This document shows positions 1 through 9,233 of a stretch of DNA of 64,000 bases, in pieces. The notes beneath the pieces were generated by a model that saw only the letters and a program-made list of their open reading frames with translations, was not told where the DNA came from and made no database searches. The stretch is from a candidate division WOR-3 bacterium (GTDB lineage Bacteria > Hydrothermota > Tepidihabitantia > Tepidihabitantales > Tepidihabitantaceae): positions 1-64,000 of the forward strand of contig JBBISL010000007.1 in NCBI GenBank assembly GCA_037441285.1, given 5' to 3'. The position numbers and the translations under genes are program-made. Within the stretch, counting starts at the first letter, position 1. The number at the start of each line of letters is the position of its first letter.

Positions 1-716
1 TCAAACACCACCATCTGTTTTGAGCCAACCACGACCAGCCGTTGCTCTTTGAACGGGTGTAACCAGGAAACAAATGTGTAGGCGTGAACCCCGGAAGGAA
101 ATTCAAGGGTCGTCAGGGTTACATCAGGAATGTTTTTCTGGAGAAAAGCCTCACCATGGGCGGATACCATCGTGGGACGCTCCTGGACAAGGGCAAGGAT
201 GACGCTGATGTCGTGCGGGGCAAAACTCCAGAGGATGTTCTCTTCGGTGCGCAGGCGGCCGAGGTTGAGGCGATTAGAATAGATGTAGTCAATCCTGCCC
301 AGTTCCCCTTTTTCAATCATCTCGCTTAACTGGACAATCGCGGGGTGGTAGCGCAGGATGTGTCCGACCATCAAAATCCGCTCTTTTTTCTCGGCGAGGC
401 GAACCAGTTCTTCTGCCTGAGTGAGGTCCAGGGCAAGCGGTTTTTCGACGAACACATCCTTTTCTGCCAGCAGGGCGCAACGAACAAATTCATAATGAGT
501 GACCGCTGGCGTGGCAATGGCAACCGCGGTAATATCCGGGTCGCTAAGAACGGTAGCAAAATCGTTTGTGAGACGGACACCATTTGAGATTGGTAACCCG
601 CTTAGTGCGGCGGGGTTGGTATCGCAAACGGTGTGCAAACTTTTCAAACTATCAAACACCCGCACCAGGTTTTTCCCCCAGGTGCCGGCGCCGACGACCG
701 CAATTGAGCGACTCAT
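1..716 (-). CDS. Gfo/Idh/MocA-family oxidoreductase (WbpB/WlbA-like nucleotide-sugar dehydrogenase), 3' end runs off window
   Basis: Not in the ORF track; translated by hand from ATG 716: MSRSIAVVGAGTWGKNLVRVF...AVAIATPAVTH...DVFVEKPLA...LMVGHILRYHP...WSFAPHDIS. Rossmann GxGxxG and EKP motifs; SD AAGGAGG upstream. Confidence 0.85.
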   Translation of the reverse strand, partial: MSRSIAVVGAGTWGKNLVRVFDSLKSLHTVCDTNPAALSGLPISNGVRLTNDFATVLSDPDITAVAIATPAVTHYEFVRCALLAEKDVFVEKPLALDLTQAEELVRLAEKKERILMVGHILRYHPAIVQLSEMIEKGELGRIDYIYSNRLNLGRLRTEENILWSFAPHDISVILALVQERPTMVSAHGEAFLQKNIPDVTLTTLEFPSGVHAYTFVSWLHPFKEQRLVVVGSKQMVVF

Positions 717-741
717 TTTCCCCTCCTTCCCAGATTATTTT

Positions 742-855
742 TTAAACCCCGCTACGGGGTGAAAAAAGGTACTCTTCTGCGGTAGCTGCTTTTTTTAGTT
801 GTTGTGTTTCCGGGGAGGTTGCTGTATGGGCTCCCCCGGTAGCCAATTGGTTCAT
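742..855 (-). CDS. Putative 37-aa small ORF / leader peptide (MNQLATGGAHTATSPETQQLKKAATAEEYLFSPRSGV)
   Basis: AAGGAGG 7 nt before ATG 855; lies between the sigma70 promoter and the dehydrogenase gene. Confidence 0.4.
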   Translation of the reverse strand: MNQLATGGAHTATSPETQQLKKAATAEEYLFSPRSGV

Positions 856-926
856 CTGCGTTCCTCCTTGTTTTGCCCGCCTCAGGCGAGCACTTCCTCC
901 TTCCCCGTGTTTCCCTGCTGTGATAT

Positions 927-955
927 ATTATAAACAAAAATTGTCTAAAAGTCAA
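927..955 (-). promoter_or_regulatory. Sigma70-type promoter TTGACT-N17-TATAAT
   Basis: Near-consensus -35/-10 with 17-bp spacer, facing the small ORF and dehydrogenase. Confidence 0.75.
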
Positions 956-1112
956 CAGTTTGGCATGACTTCGAAAAGATTGGTGATGGTCAGGGCAGCA
1001 CCTTAATTTTTAGACCAGTAAGTGCCGATATCAGGCGAGTTCTTTTTGAGCGGGGGTACGATTGGCGGAATATGTAGTGGGCGGGATGACCTTTAAAACG
1101 GCGGGTGCGGTT

Positions 1113-3395
1113 TCAGATGTCGATTGCCACGGTGCCGTAAAACTCCCGGCCAATTATCGGTCCCCAGTAATAGTCGGTGGAACCTTCATTGTGGGAGCGG
1201 GGAGGCTGGTGATAGTCCCACAGGTTGTTGATGCCGCCACTGAGCCGAAAGACTCCCAGTTGTTTTGTTAGACGTAGGTTGAGAACTGAATAAATCGGTG
1301 AGTCGTGGCTCTGGATATTGTTATTTTCGTAAACGGTCTGAACCAGCATCGGGCCATTCAGTTCACCGGTGAGGTTCAATTCCAGTTGCCAGCGGGGGAT
1401 TTTATAGGTGGCGGAGTAGTTCCCTGCCCAGCGCCGGACAAAGGGCAGGATTTGGTTTGAAGCGGTTCGGGGCGAAAGTAAGTAGGCGCTGATGTTGGTG
1501 GTGATGTCAGGTAGCAGAAAAAGGCTGATGGACAATTCGGTTCCAGTGGAAAGTGCGGCTGTATTTAAGTTGTGATAGTAGAACAGCGCGCGTCTGGTTA
1601 CCGAGTCAGTGCCAATAAGTTCGGCGGTGATGAGGTTGCTTACCCGGTGATGGAAAAGGTTTAGCCGCAGGTCGGTGATAACAGTCTGAGTTGTGATGCG
1701 TTTTGTTGCGCCGAGTTCAAGCGAGAAGCCCGACTCGCGGGTGAGGTTAGAGTCACGGCGAATCGCATATTGATAACCGTTAGGCAGGTTTTCCATACTT
1801 TCAAATATTACCATCGGGGTGCGAAAGCCCGTTCCGATTGCAAAATTCAAGTCCAGAAAGCCGGGGTAGATATTCACTGCACCGTAGGGTGAAAAGATGG
1901 TGCCATATTCGGAGTTGAGGTCCACTCTTAAGGCGGGGAGAATCTCGGTCGGAGTGTGGAGGAAAACCGCCGAGATGTTTTTGCCTGCGGCCCAGATGCC
2001 GAGATTGTTTTCAACATAACCGTGGTCAAAGAGGCGGGAGTCAGTAAGCATCTGGCGGGAAAATGACACACCGGAGTTGAGCTGGGATAGGCTGCCACTG
2101 AGTTCGGTGTAGAGCGTGGTTTGCCGGGCGGTGTAGTCACGCTGCTCAACAATGCCCGTTTCCCGGTGTTCGGAAGCGGCAAGGCGTAGTTGGAGTTCTT
2201 TTCCGTTCGCTGTAAACGAAGTGCGGTGCCAGAAATCCCAGCGGCGGGTGTTAACTTTTTCCGCCTGCAGGGTGGTATGGTATGCGGAGTCCGGGACGAT
2301 TGCGCCGGACCGGCGCAATTCGTCAGCAAATGACCCACCGGTGTTTAGCCGCCAGTTCAATCCCGGGAAGTAGTGGAGATTGGTGAGAAGGATAGAGCGT
2401 CGGAATGCGGTGTTTTCTGCGATGGTGTCACGATTGAGGTCAACGAAAGCGCGGTTGCTGTGGGCGCCAATCACGCTGAAACTCCAGGGTTTCTGGTTCG
2501 TGCCTAAAAACGCAGACAGGTCGTTACCATAACTGCGCCTGGTGTAGGTCGCCTTTGCCCCAATCGGCTGGACCGGCTGAAGCAAAAGGATGTTGACCGC
2601 ACCGGCGATCGCATCACTTCCCCAGATGGCACCAGAAGCGCCTTTGAGTATTTCAAGTCGGTCAATAAAATCTACTGGTAAAATGTCTAATATGTACCGA
2701 GAGGCGAGGTTGGAAAAGACCGGCGTGCCTTCAAGCAAAATCAGGGAAAAACGGCCTGGCAGACCTTGAATTGACAGTTCACTTGCTTCGCAGGCGCTAC
2801 AGCGCTTTTGCAATTGAACGCCTGATTCAAGGGTGGCGGCTTCGCCGATGGTTGACTTTCCTGCCCGTTCCGCGGCGGTTTGGGGAATAACAACCGCCGG
2901 TTCTGGAGTTTTCGATTGGTGCACCACCTCCCGGTGCGCATGGGCTTCAACGGTTGGCACCGGAATTGATGTTTGTATTAGTTGGACATTACGCTGTAAC
3001 CGCTGGCCGTGGCTTACAGTGACAGTGAGCGTTTCGGACTTATAGCCGATGAATTGGTAGATGACCTTAAACTTGCCGTGCATCGGCAGTTCAAGGTAGT
3101 AGCGGCCAGCGGTGTCGGTTGCGGTGCCAGCCGAAAAGCCGTCCAGCCACACCTGGGCGCCAGTAAGGGGTCGGTTTTTATTATCGGTAACCCGTCCTTC
3201 AATTGCGCCGTGAAAAGCAACTACGACTTGAATTAGAGATAAAAGGCAAATCGCAATCAAGAACCGGTGAGTCACATAATGCTTGGACGCGCCGGTTAGT
3301 TTCAAACCGGGCCTGGGCTTAAGCGTCATTTTTGGGCGCATGGATACGAAATGCTTGAACGATTTGGTGTAAAGTTTGTCAACTGTTTGTCTCAT
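1113..3395 (-). CDS. TonB-dependent receptor with N-terminal carboxypeptidase-regulatory-like domain (true start probably downstream, e.g. 3329 or 3275)
   Basis: Signal peptide-like stretch, G.VTD...PL.GA.V domain, plug motif IDRLEILKGASGAIWGSDAIAGAVNI, C-terminal GINNLWD...GREFYG strand; CSAC in plug. Confidence 0.9.
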   Translation of the reverse strand: MRQTVDKLYTKSFKHFVSMRPKMTLKPRPGLKLTGASKHYVTHRFLIAICLLSLIQVVVAFHGAIEGRVTDNKNRPLTGAQVWLDGFSAGTATDTAGRYYLELPMHGKFKVIYQFIGYKSETLTVTVSHGQRLQRNVQLIQTSIPVPTVEAHAHREVVHQSKTPEPAVVIPQTAAERAGKSTIGEAATLESGVQLQKRCSACEASELSIQGLPGRFSLILLEGTPVFSNLASRYILDILPVDFIDRLEILKGASGAIWGSDAIAGAVNILLLQPVQPIGAKATYTRRSYGNDLSAFLGTNQKPWSFSVIGAHSNRAFVDLNRDTIAENTAFRRSILLTNLHYFPGLNWRLNTGGSFADELRRSGAIVPDSAYHTTLQAEKVNTRRWDFWHRTSFTANGKELQLRLAASEHRETGIVEQRDYTARQTTLYTELSGSLSQLNSGVSFSRQMLTDSRLFDHGYVENNLGIWAAGKNISAVFLHTPTEILPALRVDLNSEYGTIFSPYGAVNIYPGFLDLNFAIGTGFRTPMVIFESMENLPNGYQYAIRRDSNLTRESGFSLELGATKRITTQTVITDLRLNLFHHRVSNLITAELIGTDSVTRRALFYYHNLNTAALSTGTELSISLFLLPDITTNISAYLLSPRTASNQILPFVRRWAGNYSATYKIPRWQLELNLTGELNGPMLVQTVYENNNIQSHDSPIYSVLNLRLTKQLGVFRLSGGINNLWDYHQPPRSHNEGSTDYYWGPIIGREFYGTVAIDI

Positions 3396-3412
3396 ATCAT
3401 CTGGTAATATAT

Positions 3413-3428
3413 AGCAGGAATTGTGCCA
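3413..3428 (-). promoter_or_regulatory. Sigma54 (-24/-12) promoter TGGCAC-AATTC-CTGCT
   Basis: GG-N10-GC spacing, one mismatch to TGGCAC-N5-TTGCW; upstream of the TBDR and next to a sigma54 activator gene. Confidence 0.75.
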
Positions 3429-3498
3429 GAGTTGCCCGGTTATAACCGCTGGGTTGTTAAGGGGTTACGAAATGGGGTCGCACCAGTGGACTTAGAAG

Positions 3499-3535
3499 TG
3501 TATGATATGCTACAGAAGGTGTCGGATTGTTGACA
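3499..3535. promoter_or_regulatory. Two tandem TGT-N10-ACA enhancer (UAS) sites
   Basis: TGTATGATATGCTACA (3499-3514) and TGTCGGATTGTTGACA (3520-3535), 21 bp apart, about 70-110 bp upstream of the -24 element. Confidence 0.6.
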
Positions 3536-3536
3536 G

Positions 3537-4880
3537 CTATTCCAGTCCGTATTTCTTCATCCGATAAAGCAGGGTTGCCCGGGAGATGCCCAGAAGTTTT
3601 GCCGCCCGGGTGCGGTTACCTTTGGTCTTTTTCAGGACCGCAACAAGATAGTTTCGCTCTATTTCAGCAAGGGACATACCGTCATCCGGGATATCGGGCA
3701 ATTGTAACTCATCAACCCTGCTGGGCATCAGCCTTTCGGCGATATGCTCCGGTTTTATCTGTTTACCCTGACTTAAAATTAAGCCAAACTCAATCACATT
3801 CTCCAGTTCCCGGACATTACCCGGGAAGTCGTGCTCCTGTAACAGTTTTAGCGCATCGGCGGTAACCAGAGTTGGGTCCTTGCCGCGGCGTTGGAGATAG
3901 TTGACGACCAGTTCGGGAATGTCTTCCGGGTGTTCCCGCAATGGCGGGATGTAAATTGTAAACACCGCCAGCCGGTAATAAAGGTCTTCGCGGAAGGTTC
4001 CCTGCTTGACCAGTGCTATCAGGTTCTGATTGGTGGCGCTCAAAATTCGGACATCAACCCGAACCGATTCGCTGGCACCGATGGGCTGAATCTCCTGCGT
4101 GTCAACCGCCCGTAAAAGTTTTACCTGAAGTTCCCGGGGCATTTCCGCTACCTCATCAAGGAACAGCGTTCCGGCATCTGCCTGGACGAACTTTCCCTGG
4201 TAGTCACTGGTTGCGCCGGTAAAGGCGCCCTTCTTATGGCCAAAAAGCTCACTTTCAACTAAACTTTCCGGTATCGCGCCGCAGTTCACCGGTACAAACG
4301 GTCCTGGGGCGCGCCGGCCTAAAAAGTGAATCGTTCTTGCCACCAACTCTTTGCCGGTGCCGGTTTCACCCAAAAGAAGGACCGGGGCATCACTCTCCGC
4401 CGCCAGTCGGACAAGGTGGCGTACCTTCATCACGGCCGGACTTTTGCCTACAATCGCCTCCAGACCAGCATCTTTTTTAATCTCCTGGCGCAGCCGGATA
4501 TTCTCTTTTGTCAGTTTCTGGAGTTGGAGCGCATTTTTCACCAAACCTTTGAGGTGTTCATTTTCAAAAGGTTTCACCACATAGTCAAAAGCGCCTGCTT
4601 TCAGCGCCGCTACCGCACTTTCAATCGTGGCAAAACCGGTAATTACAATTACCGGCACCATCGGATAGCGCTCCTTGGTGAACTTTAACAGCCCAATTCC
4701 GTCCCCATCGGGCAGCACCAGGTCGGTGATAATCAGGTCAACCGTTAGCGCATTTAAAGTTTGCTGCGCCGCGGCGAAGTTTTCCGAAACCGTCACTTCA
4801 TAACCGGCATCTTGCAGTAAATTACGGAGAACCAGACGGACGCTTTTATCATCATCAACAACGAGAATCCGTGGTTTCAT
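3537..4880 (-). CDS. Sigma54-dependent response regulator (NtrC/ZraR family; REC-AAA+-Fis HTH)
   Basis: ILVVDDD receiver, GETGTGKE Walker A, ESELFGHKKGAFTGA, LFLDEV, FREDLYYRL, PGNVRELEN, NRTRAAKLLGISRATL. Confidence 0.95.
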   Translation of the reverse strand: MKPRILVVDDDKSVRLVLRNLLQDAGYEVTVSENFAAAQQTLNALTVDLIITDLVLPDGDGIGLLKFTKERYPMVPVIVITGFATIESAVAALKAGAFDYVVKPFENEHLKGLVKNALQLQKLTKENIRLRQEIKKDAGLEAIVGKSPAVMKVRHLVRLAAESDAPVLLLGETGTGKELVARTIHFLGRRAPGPFVPVNCGAIPESLVESELFGHKKGAFTGATSDYQGKFVQADAGTLFLDEVAEMPRELQVKLLRAVDTQEIQPIGASESVRVDVRILSATNQNLIALVKQGTFREDLYYRLAVFTIYIPPLREHPEDIPELVVNYLQRRGKDPTLVTADALKLLQEHDFPGNVRELENVIEFGLILSQGKQIKPEHIAERLMPSRVDELQLPDIPDDGMSLAEIERNYLVAVLKKTKGNRTRAAKLLGISRATLLYRMKKYGLE

Positions 4881-5884
4881 TCAGCCTTAAGGGTGACCAG
4901 GGCGGTTGTGCCCTTTCCTAATTCGCTCTCTAATTCCAGTTTGCCGCCGTGTTCCTTGACAATGCGCTGGGCAATAGCGAGTCCCAAACCGGTGCCCTGA
5001 GGCTTGGTGCTCCAGAACGGCTCAAAAACCAGTGCGATTTTACTCTTTGGTATCCCGGGACCGTTATCCTTGATAAACACCTGCACCATTTTCCCTTTCC
5101 TTTCAACTCCCACCTTTATTATTCCCCCGGGCTCAACCGCCTGAACTGCGTTTAAAATAAGATTAAGAAAAACCTGGCGCAACTGATTCGGGTCCACAGA
5201 AACCCTCTCTCCATTTTCGGGGTAATACCTTTCAATCCGAACTTTCTTATCCACAATTAACGGCTCAAGAAACTTAACCGCCGAATTTAGAATTTCTTGA
5301 ACCTCTATGGACTGTAGTTGCAAGGGTGCGGGACGGGCGTATTGCAAAAACTCTTCAATCAACCGATTAAGCCGGTCAATCTCGCTCAGTGCCAGTGCCG
5401 CGAGTTCCGAATCGTTACCAGAAATGCGGTCCGATAAGATTTGTACGGAGCTTCGAATTGCGGTCAGGGGATTTTTTACCTCGTGAGCGATACCGGCGGC
5501 AATTGTTCCCATTGTTTTCAACCGGTCTGCCTGGAGCAACTTGTTCTCGGCGCGGCGCTGCCGGTCGCTGAGAACACCGGTTACCACGCCCACCACTAAG
5601 TAGAGGGGAATTTCAAAAACCGCTTCTCGTGCCTGACCGATTAGCGTACTGCGGGTTAAAAAGACATGGGGGAGGAAGAGAAGGGCGATGATGCCGGCAG
5701 TTCCAATTCCACCTTTTAACCCGTAACGAAAACTGGCGATGATTATCGGGACATAAGAGAGCCGACGAAACAGGTCGTGCCAGAAATGGTTGTGGGGGTT
5801 GATTAGATAATGTCCTGACATCAGGACCACAATCGCGCCCACTGTTGCCCAGAACTCAAACTGGTGCCACAGCGGTCTATTCAT
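4877..5884 (-). CDS. Membrane sensor histidine kinase
   Basis: About 4 N-terminal TM segments, H-box AHEVKNPL, N-box NLILNAVQA, DNGPGI, GTGLGL; 4-bp overlap with the regulator gene. Confidence 0.95.
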   Translation of the reverse strand: MNRPLWHQFEFWATVGAIVVLMSGHYLINPHNHFWHDLFRRLSYVPIIIASFRYGLKGGIGTAGIIALLFLPHVFLTRSTLIGQAREAVFEIPLYLVVGVVTGVLSDRQRRAENKLLQADRLKTMGTIAAGIAHEVKNPLTAIRSSVQILSDRISGNDSELAALALSEIDRLNRLIEEFLQYARPAPLQLQSIEVQEILNSAVKFLEPLIVDKKVRIERYYPENGERVSVDPNQLRQVFLNLILNAVQAVEPGGIIKVGVERKGKMVQVFIKDNGPGIPKSKIALVFEPFWSTKPQGTGLGLAIAQRIVKEHGGKLELESELGKGTTALVTLKAE

Positions 5885-5892
5885 CTATCAAG

Positions 5893-5922
5893 ATTATACC
5901 GAAACAGTTGGTTCCAAGTCAA
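5893..5922 (-). promoter_or_regulatory. Sigma70 promoter TTGACT-N18-TATAAT, 8 nt from kinase ATG
   Basis: Direct motif match; no SD in the 8 nt between -10 and ATG. Confidence 0.6.
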
Positions 5923-6032
5923 TCAATTGGGAAATGGTAGGAATAAGTAATTGCCACTTTTTCAACTTGACGGAGGTAATACCGCCATTCCGGTCTGGTA
6001 AAGCAGATAGTGGCAAGATGGAATCGGTTTAA

Positions 6033-8396
6033 TTAGGGTCGGATGTCGTAGACGGCGCCAAGGTTGTTTCGGGTGACGCGGAGCAGGGTGAATCTTAAGC
6101 CGCCGGCGATGGTGTGCTCGGCATCGTCCATTGAGGAGAAGAGGCTGAGGTGCTCGCGCGGGTCGTCAAAGAGCCAGAGGGCAAGAATCGGGGTGTAGTC
6201 GTCAATTGACTTCTGCCGGGTAAAGATTTGCCGGGAGATGGTGCGGTAGTCAAGGATTTGCGGTCTTAAATGGATGGTGTCGGGCAGGGGCGGAATGTCG
6301 GCAAAGGGCCAAAGGATGGTTTTGTAGGTGTTGACAAAGGCGGTGTCGGCAAGGGTTGCCGCAAGGTCGTCAAGGGTCTGTTTGAGCCGGGAGTTTTCAT
6401 ACTTGATGTCGGTGAGGAGGCGGAGGGTGTCGCAACGGGCAAAGTAGTACTGGCGGTTGGGATAGGCAAGGGTGAGGGCGGCGTTGAGATAACCGTAGTC
6501 TTTGGCATAGACGACCGGACCCTGGAGGTCAAGCCGGTTGTAGGAGAAGCCGGTGCCGAAGTGGTCGCAGAAGACGAGGGCATTTTTAAGTCCAGCACGG
6601 CGGACCGCTTTGTGGACAATGGCACTGACCCCACCGTAAACACGGTAAAGTTTATACAAGGGCGGCAGGGCGATGGTGATGGTGAAGAGCAGGGTCAGGG
6701 GTATCGCCCGGAGGAGAAAGCGGTTTGTGTTAGGAGCGGGGTTGAGGCCGAAGGTTCGGTTCAGTAGTTGGGGGAGTTGTTTGATGCCCCGGGCACCAAG
6801 CAAAAAGAGGCAGGCGCTCGCTTCGTAGAGGAAGCGGGGTCCAAAGCAGACATTGTGAAACCAGTAGAAGAAGTAGGCAAAGGGCAGGGCAAGGAAGCCG
6901 GCAAACAGGAGCCAGTCGTAACGGTTGCGATTGGAAAGGGCGAACGGGATAAGGATGAGAAGAAGCGCGGGCCAGGGTGACTCAAACAGGAATTTGTTGA
7001 TTAAATTGAAGTTGTTGCCCATATTCAGGAGCCCCTGATAAGGGGTGTGCGGCGGTCCCCAGCCCGAATGGCCAAATCCAACTTCGTGGCCCGGTCCCCA
7101 CTTGACCACATAGCCAAACAGAAGCGGATTGCCATTGGCCAGGTAGTTGTAGAGAAAAAGGAGGCTGGTTACGAGAGCGGTGGTAAGGGCGATTAAGACA
7201 AAGGGTAAGAGGTAGCGACGGTGCTGACGCATGAGGAGAAACAGGGCGTAGAGGGCAAAGGGCACAGCGATGGCGAGTGCGGTGTAGGGTCGGATGTTGA
7301 CGACGGCACCGAGGGTGATGCCGGCAAGGAGGGCGCTCAGAATTGGTTTTTTGCCCTTGACGGTGCGAAAGTAGAAGAGGAGAAACAGGGTGGCAAAGAG
7401 GAGCGCAGAGGCGTGGTTCATATATTCGGCGGACATATTGATGATATAGGGCGAAAAGGTGGCAAGGAGGGTGGCAATCCGGGCGATGGTTTCGTCGTAA
7501 AGTTCTTTGCCGAGATGGTAGAGCGCGAGCAGAAATAAGGCACCGAGTAAGGGGTTTAAGAGCCAGGGTGTGCCGAGAAAGACAAAGAACATCAAGAGGA
7601 AGGAGTGAAGCCAGGGGTACTGGGAGTACCAGTTGCCGTTGTTGATGATGTGGGTGTAGTCAAAGAAGTCCGGGAAGGGCGGAGAAGGGAGATGGATTTT
7701 GCCCTGGGCAAAGATGCGCGCCTGAAATAGTTGGGAGATGGAGTCCTGGATATGGGGGATGTGTTCAAAGACAAAATAGGAGACAAGGTTGGCAAGGAGG
7801 AAGAAGAGTCCGGTGGTGAATAAAAGGAAGTAATGGGGTTTGAGGTTGAAGAGCCAGTTGAGGGCGGTTTTCAGCGGCTTTTCAAAAAAACCGAGCGCCG
7901 GGTACAGGGCAAATAAGAGGAAGATAAAGCCGGCGCTGGCAAGCGAGAGGTAGAGCATAAACTGGGCACCGGTTTCGTTCTGTTTTGCGGTAAGGAAATC
8001 CCAAGGGTAGAGGGTAAAGAGGAAAAAGGCAAGGGTGAACAAAAAGGGCAGGGCGGTCGCTTTTGACTTAAACAGGTGGGCAAGACCGGTTCGGAAGGGG
8101 CGAAACAGCAAGCCAAATAGGAGCAGAAGAAGGACGATGCCCAAAAGCAGCCAGGCGAGGGGAAAGTAGTAAAACTGTTCGGGCGGCGTTTTGGGCAGAT
8201 GGAAGAATACGGTGGATTTGTCGGTCAGGACCCAGCGGTTGGCAAAGAGGTAGTTAGAGGGGTTGTAGCTGGTAACCGCGGTAAGGAAGAGAAAGGTGAT
8301 ACCAAGGAGCAGGGCGAGCAATTTTAACACCAAATGGGCTGGGTGACGGGCACCCGGGCTGGTTTCAGAAAGCGTCGTCAAGGGTTGTTGCACCAA
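6033..8396 (-). CDS. GT-C fold membrane glycosyltransferase (ArnT/PMT, GT39/83-like)
   Basis: Polytopic; loop PHIQDSISQLFQARIFAQG, S.Y...S...M.H motif, RPYTA, GPRFLYE; soluble C-terminal domain. Confidence 0.75.
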   Translation of the reverse strand: MVQQPLTTLSETSPGARHPAHLVLKLLALLLGITFLFLTAVTSYNPSNYLFANRWVLTDKSTVFFHLPKTPPEQFYYFPLAWLLLGIVLLLLLFGLLFRPFRTGLAHLFKSKATALPFLFTLAFFLFTLYPWDFLTAKQNETGAQFMLYLSLASAGFIFLLFALYPALGFFEKPLKTALNWLFNLKPHYFLLFTTGLFFLLANLVSYFVFEHIPHIQDSISQLFQARIFAQGKIHLPSPPFPDFFDYTHIINNGNWYSQYPWLHSFLLMFFVFLGTPWLLNPLLGALFLLALYHLGKELYDETIARIATLLATFSPYIINMSAEYMNHASALLFATLFLLFYFRTVKGKKPILSALLAGITLGAVVNIRPYTALAIAVPFALYALFLLMRQHRRYLLPFVLIALTTALVTSLLFLYNYLANGNPLLFGYVVKWGPGHEVGFGHSGWGPPHTPYQGLLNMGNNFNLINKFLFESPWPALLLILIPFALSNRNRYDWLLFAGFLALPFAYFFYWFHNVCFGPRFLYEASACLFLLGARGIKQLPQLLNRTFGLNPAPNTNRFLLRAIPLTLLFTITIALPPLYKLYRVYGGVSAIVHKAVRRAGLKNALVFCDHFGTGFSYNRLDLQGPVVYAKDYGYLNAALTLAYPNRQYYFARCDTLRLLTDIKYENSRLKQTLDDLAATLADTAFVNTYKTILWPFADIPPLPDTIHLRPQILDYRTISRQIFTRQKSIDDYTPILALWLFDDPREHLSLFSSMDDAEHTIAGGLRFTLLRVTRNNLGAVYDIRP

Positions 8397-8426
8397 TGGT
8401 TAATTATAAGGCGTGGTGTTTTGGTT

Positions 8427-9122
8427 TCAAGGTGGGGCGGTTGGGCGCGGCCGGAGGATGACGATGGGCGTAAGGTCGCCACCCTGTCCAGCCGGGTTGT
8501 CGCGCATCGCTTCGGAAACCAGCGCCGCATCCAGGTCCGGGGAAGCGCCGACCACGGTGCAGCCAAAGATGTCGTTGGCGTCAACCACTGCCACCGGACA
8601 GGAAAGCGCCTGAGCAAGGCGGCGGGCAACACCGTCCGGGTCTTTGGGTCCGAGGATGACGCACTCGTAAAACTCTTTTACACCCGAGGTGTGGGCGGCG
8701 TCAATCATCGCTGCCTGTTTGCCGGCGATGCGATAGAAGATGCCGCTGATACCGAAGAGTTTGCCGAAACCGCCGGCAAGGGCGGCGATGAGGATGCGGG
8801 GTAAACCAACCTCGTCAATGGCGCACTGCATTGAGTAGGGGCTGCGCAAGCCAATGCCATAAGGCACCTTCTTGACAAACCGCCAGAGCAGGCGCGCCCA
8901 GATGCCGGGTTTTATCTCATTCAGCGGAATCGCCCGGCCCTGGGTGGCGGCAACCGGGCTTTCGGCAATCGTCAGGATGTCACCGGGTTGAAGCAGGGCA
9001 CCGGCGTAGTGGTGGACCGCGGCAATCAAATCGTCGCCTTGGTTGAGGACATGGGTTTTGACCCGGATGCGCTCAACCGGACCGCGGCTGGTCGGAATGA
9101 TGGGCGGTTTTTCCTTTGCCAC
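8427..9122 (-). CDS. Coenzyme F420-0:L-glutamate ligase (CofE)-like protein
   Basis: IRVKTHVL..GDDL, GDILTIAESPVA..QGR, ID, GPKDPD..A..L, VAVVDANDI, DNPAGQG...TPIVILR. Start moved from 9206 to in-frame GTG 9122 on promoter evidence. Confidence 0.75.
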   Translation of the reverse strand: MAKEKPPIIPTSRGPVERIRVKTHVLNQGDDLIAAVHHYAGALLQPGDILTIAESPVAATQGRAIPLNEIKPGIWARLLWRFVKKVPYGIGLRSPYSMQCAIDEVGLPRILIAALAGGFGKLFGISGIFYRIAGKQAAMIDAAHTSGVKEFYECVILGPKDPDGVARRLAQALSCPVAVVDANDIFGCTVVGASPDLDAALVSEAMRDNPAGQGGDLTPIVILRPRPTAPP

Positions 9123-9127
9123 AATTG

Positions 9128-9155
9128 AATTTAGCAACCGTTCCGGGAAAATCAA
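9128..9155 (-). promoter_or_regulatory. Promoter TTGATT-N16-TAAATT, 5 nt before GTG 9122 (leaderless candidate)
   Basis: Motif match; back-to-back with the murJ promoter. Confidence 0.45.
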
Positions 9156-9199
9156 TTTCCGGGCAGGGTCGGCGTTCCGGGTTTGCGGGCAACCGTTTT

Positions 9200-9228
9200 T
9201 TGACATTTTCGCAGGTAAGATTTATACT
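9200..9228 (+). promoter_or_regulatory. Promoter TTGACA-N17-TATACT, 5 nt before murJ GTG (leaderless candidate)
   Basis: Near-perfect consensus; no SD. Confidence 0.7.
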
Positions 9229-9233
9229 CGGCT

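Noticed and set aside
84..762. Short ORFs listed in the track at the window start
   Set aside because: Shadows of the minus-strand Gfo/Idh/MocA gene, which the track missed because it has no stop in the window.
9123..9206. N-terminal extension of the CofE-like ORF
   Set aside because: It overlaps both divergent promoters; GTG 9122 fits better.
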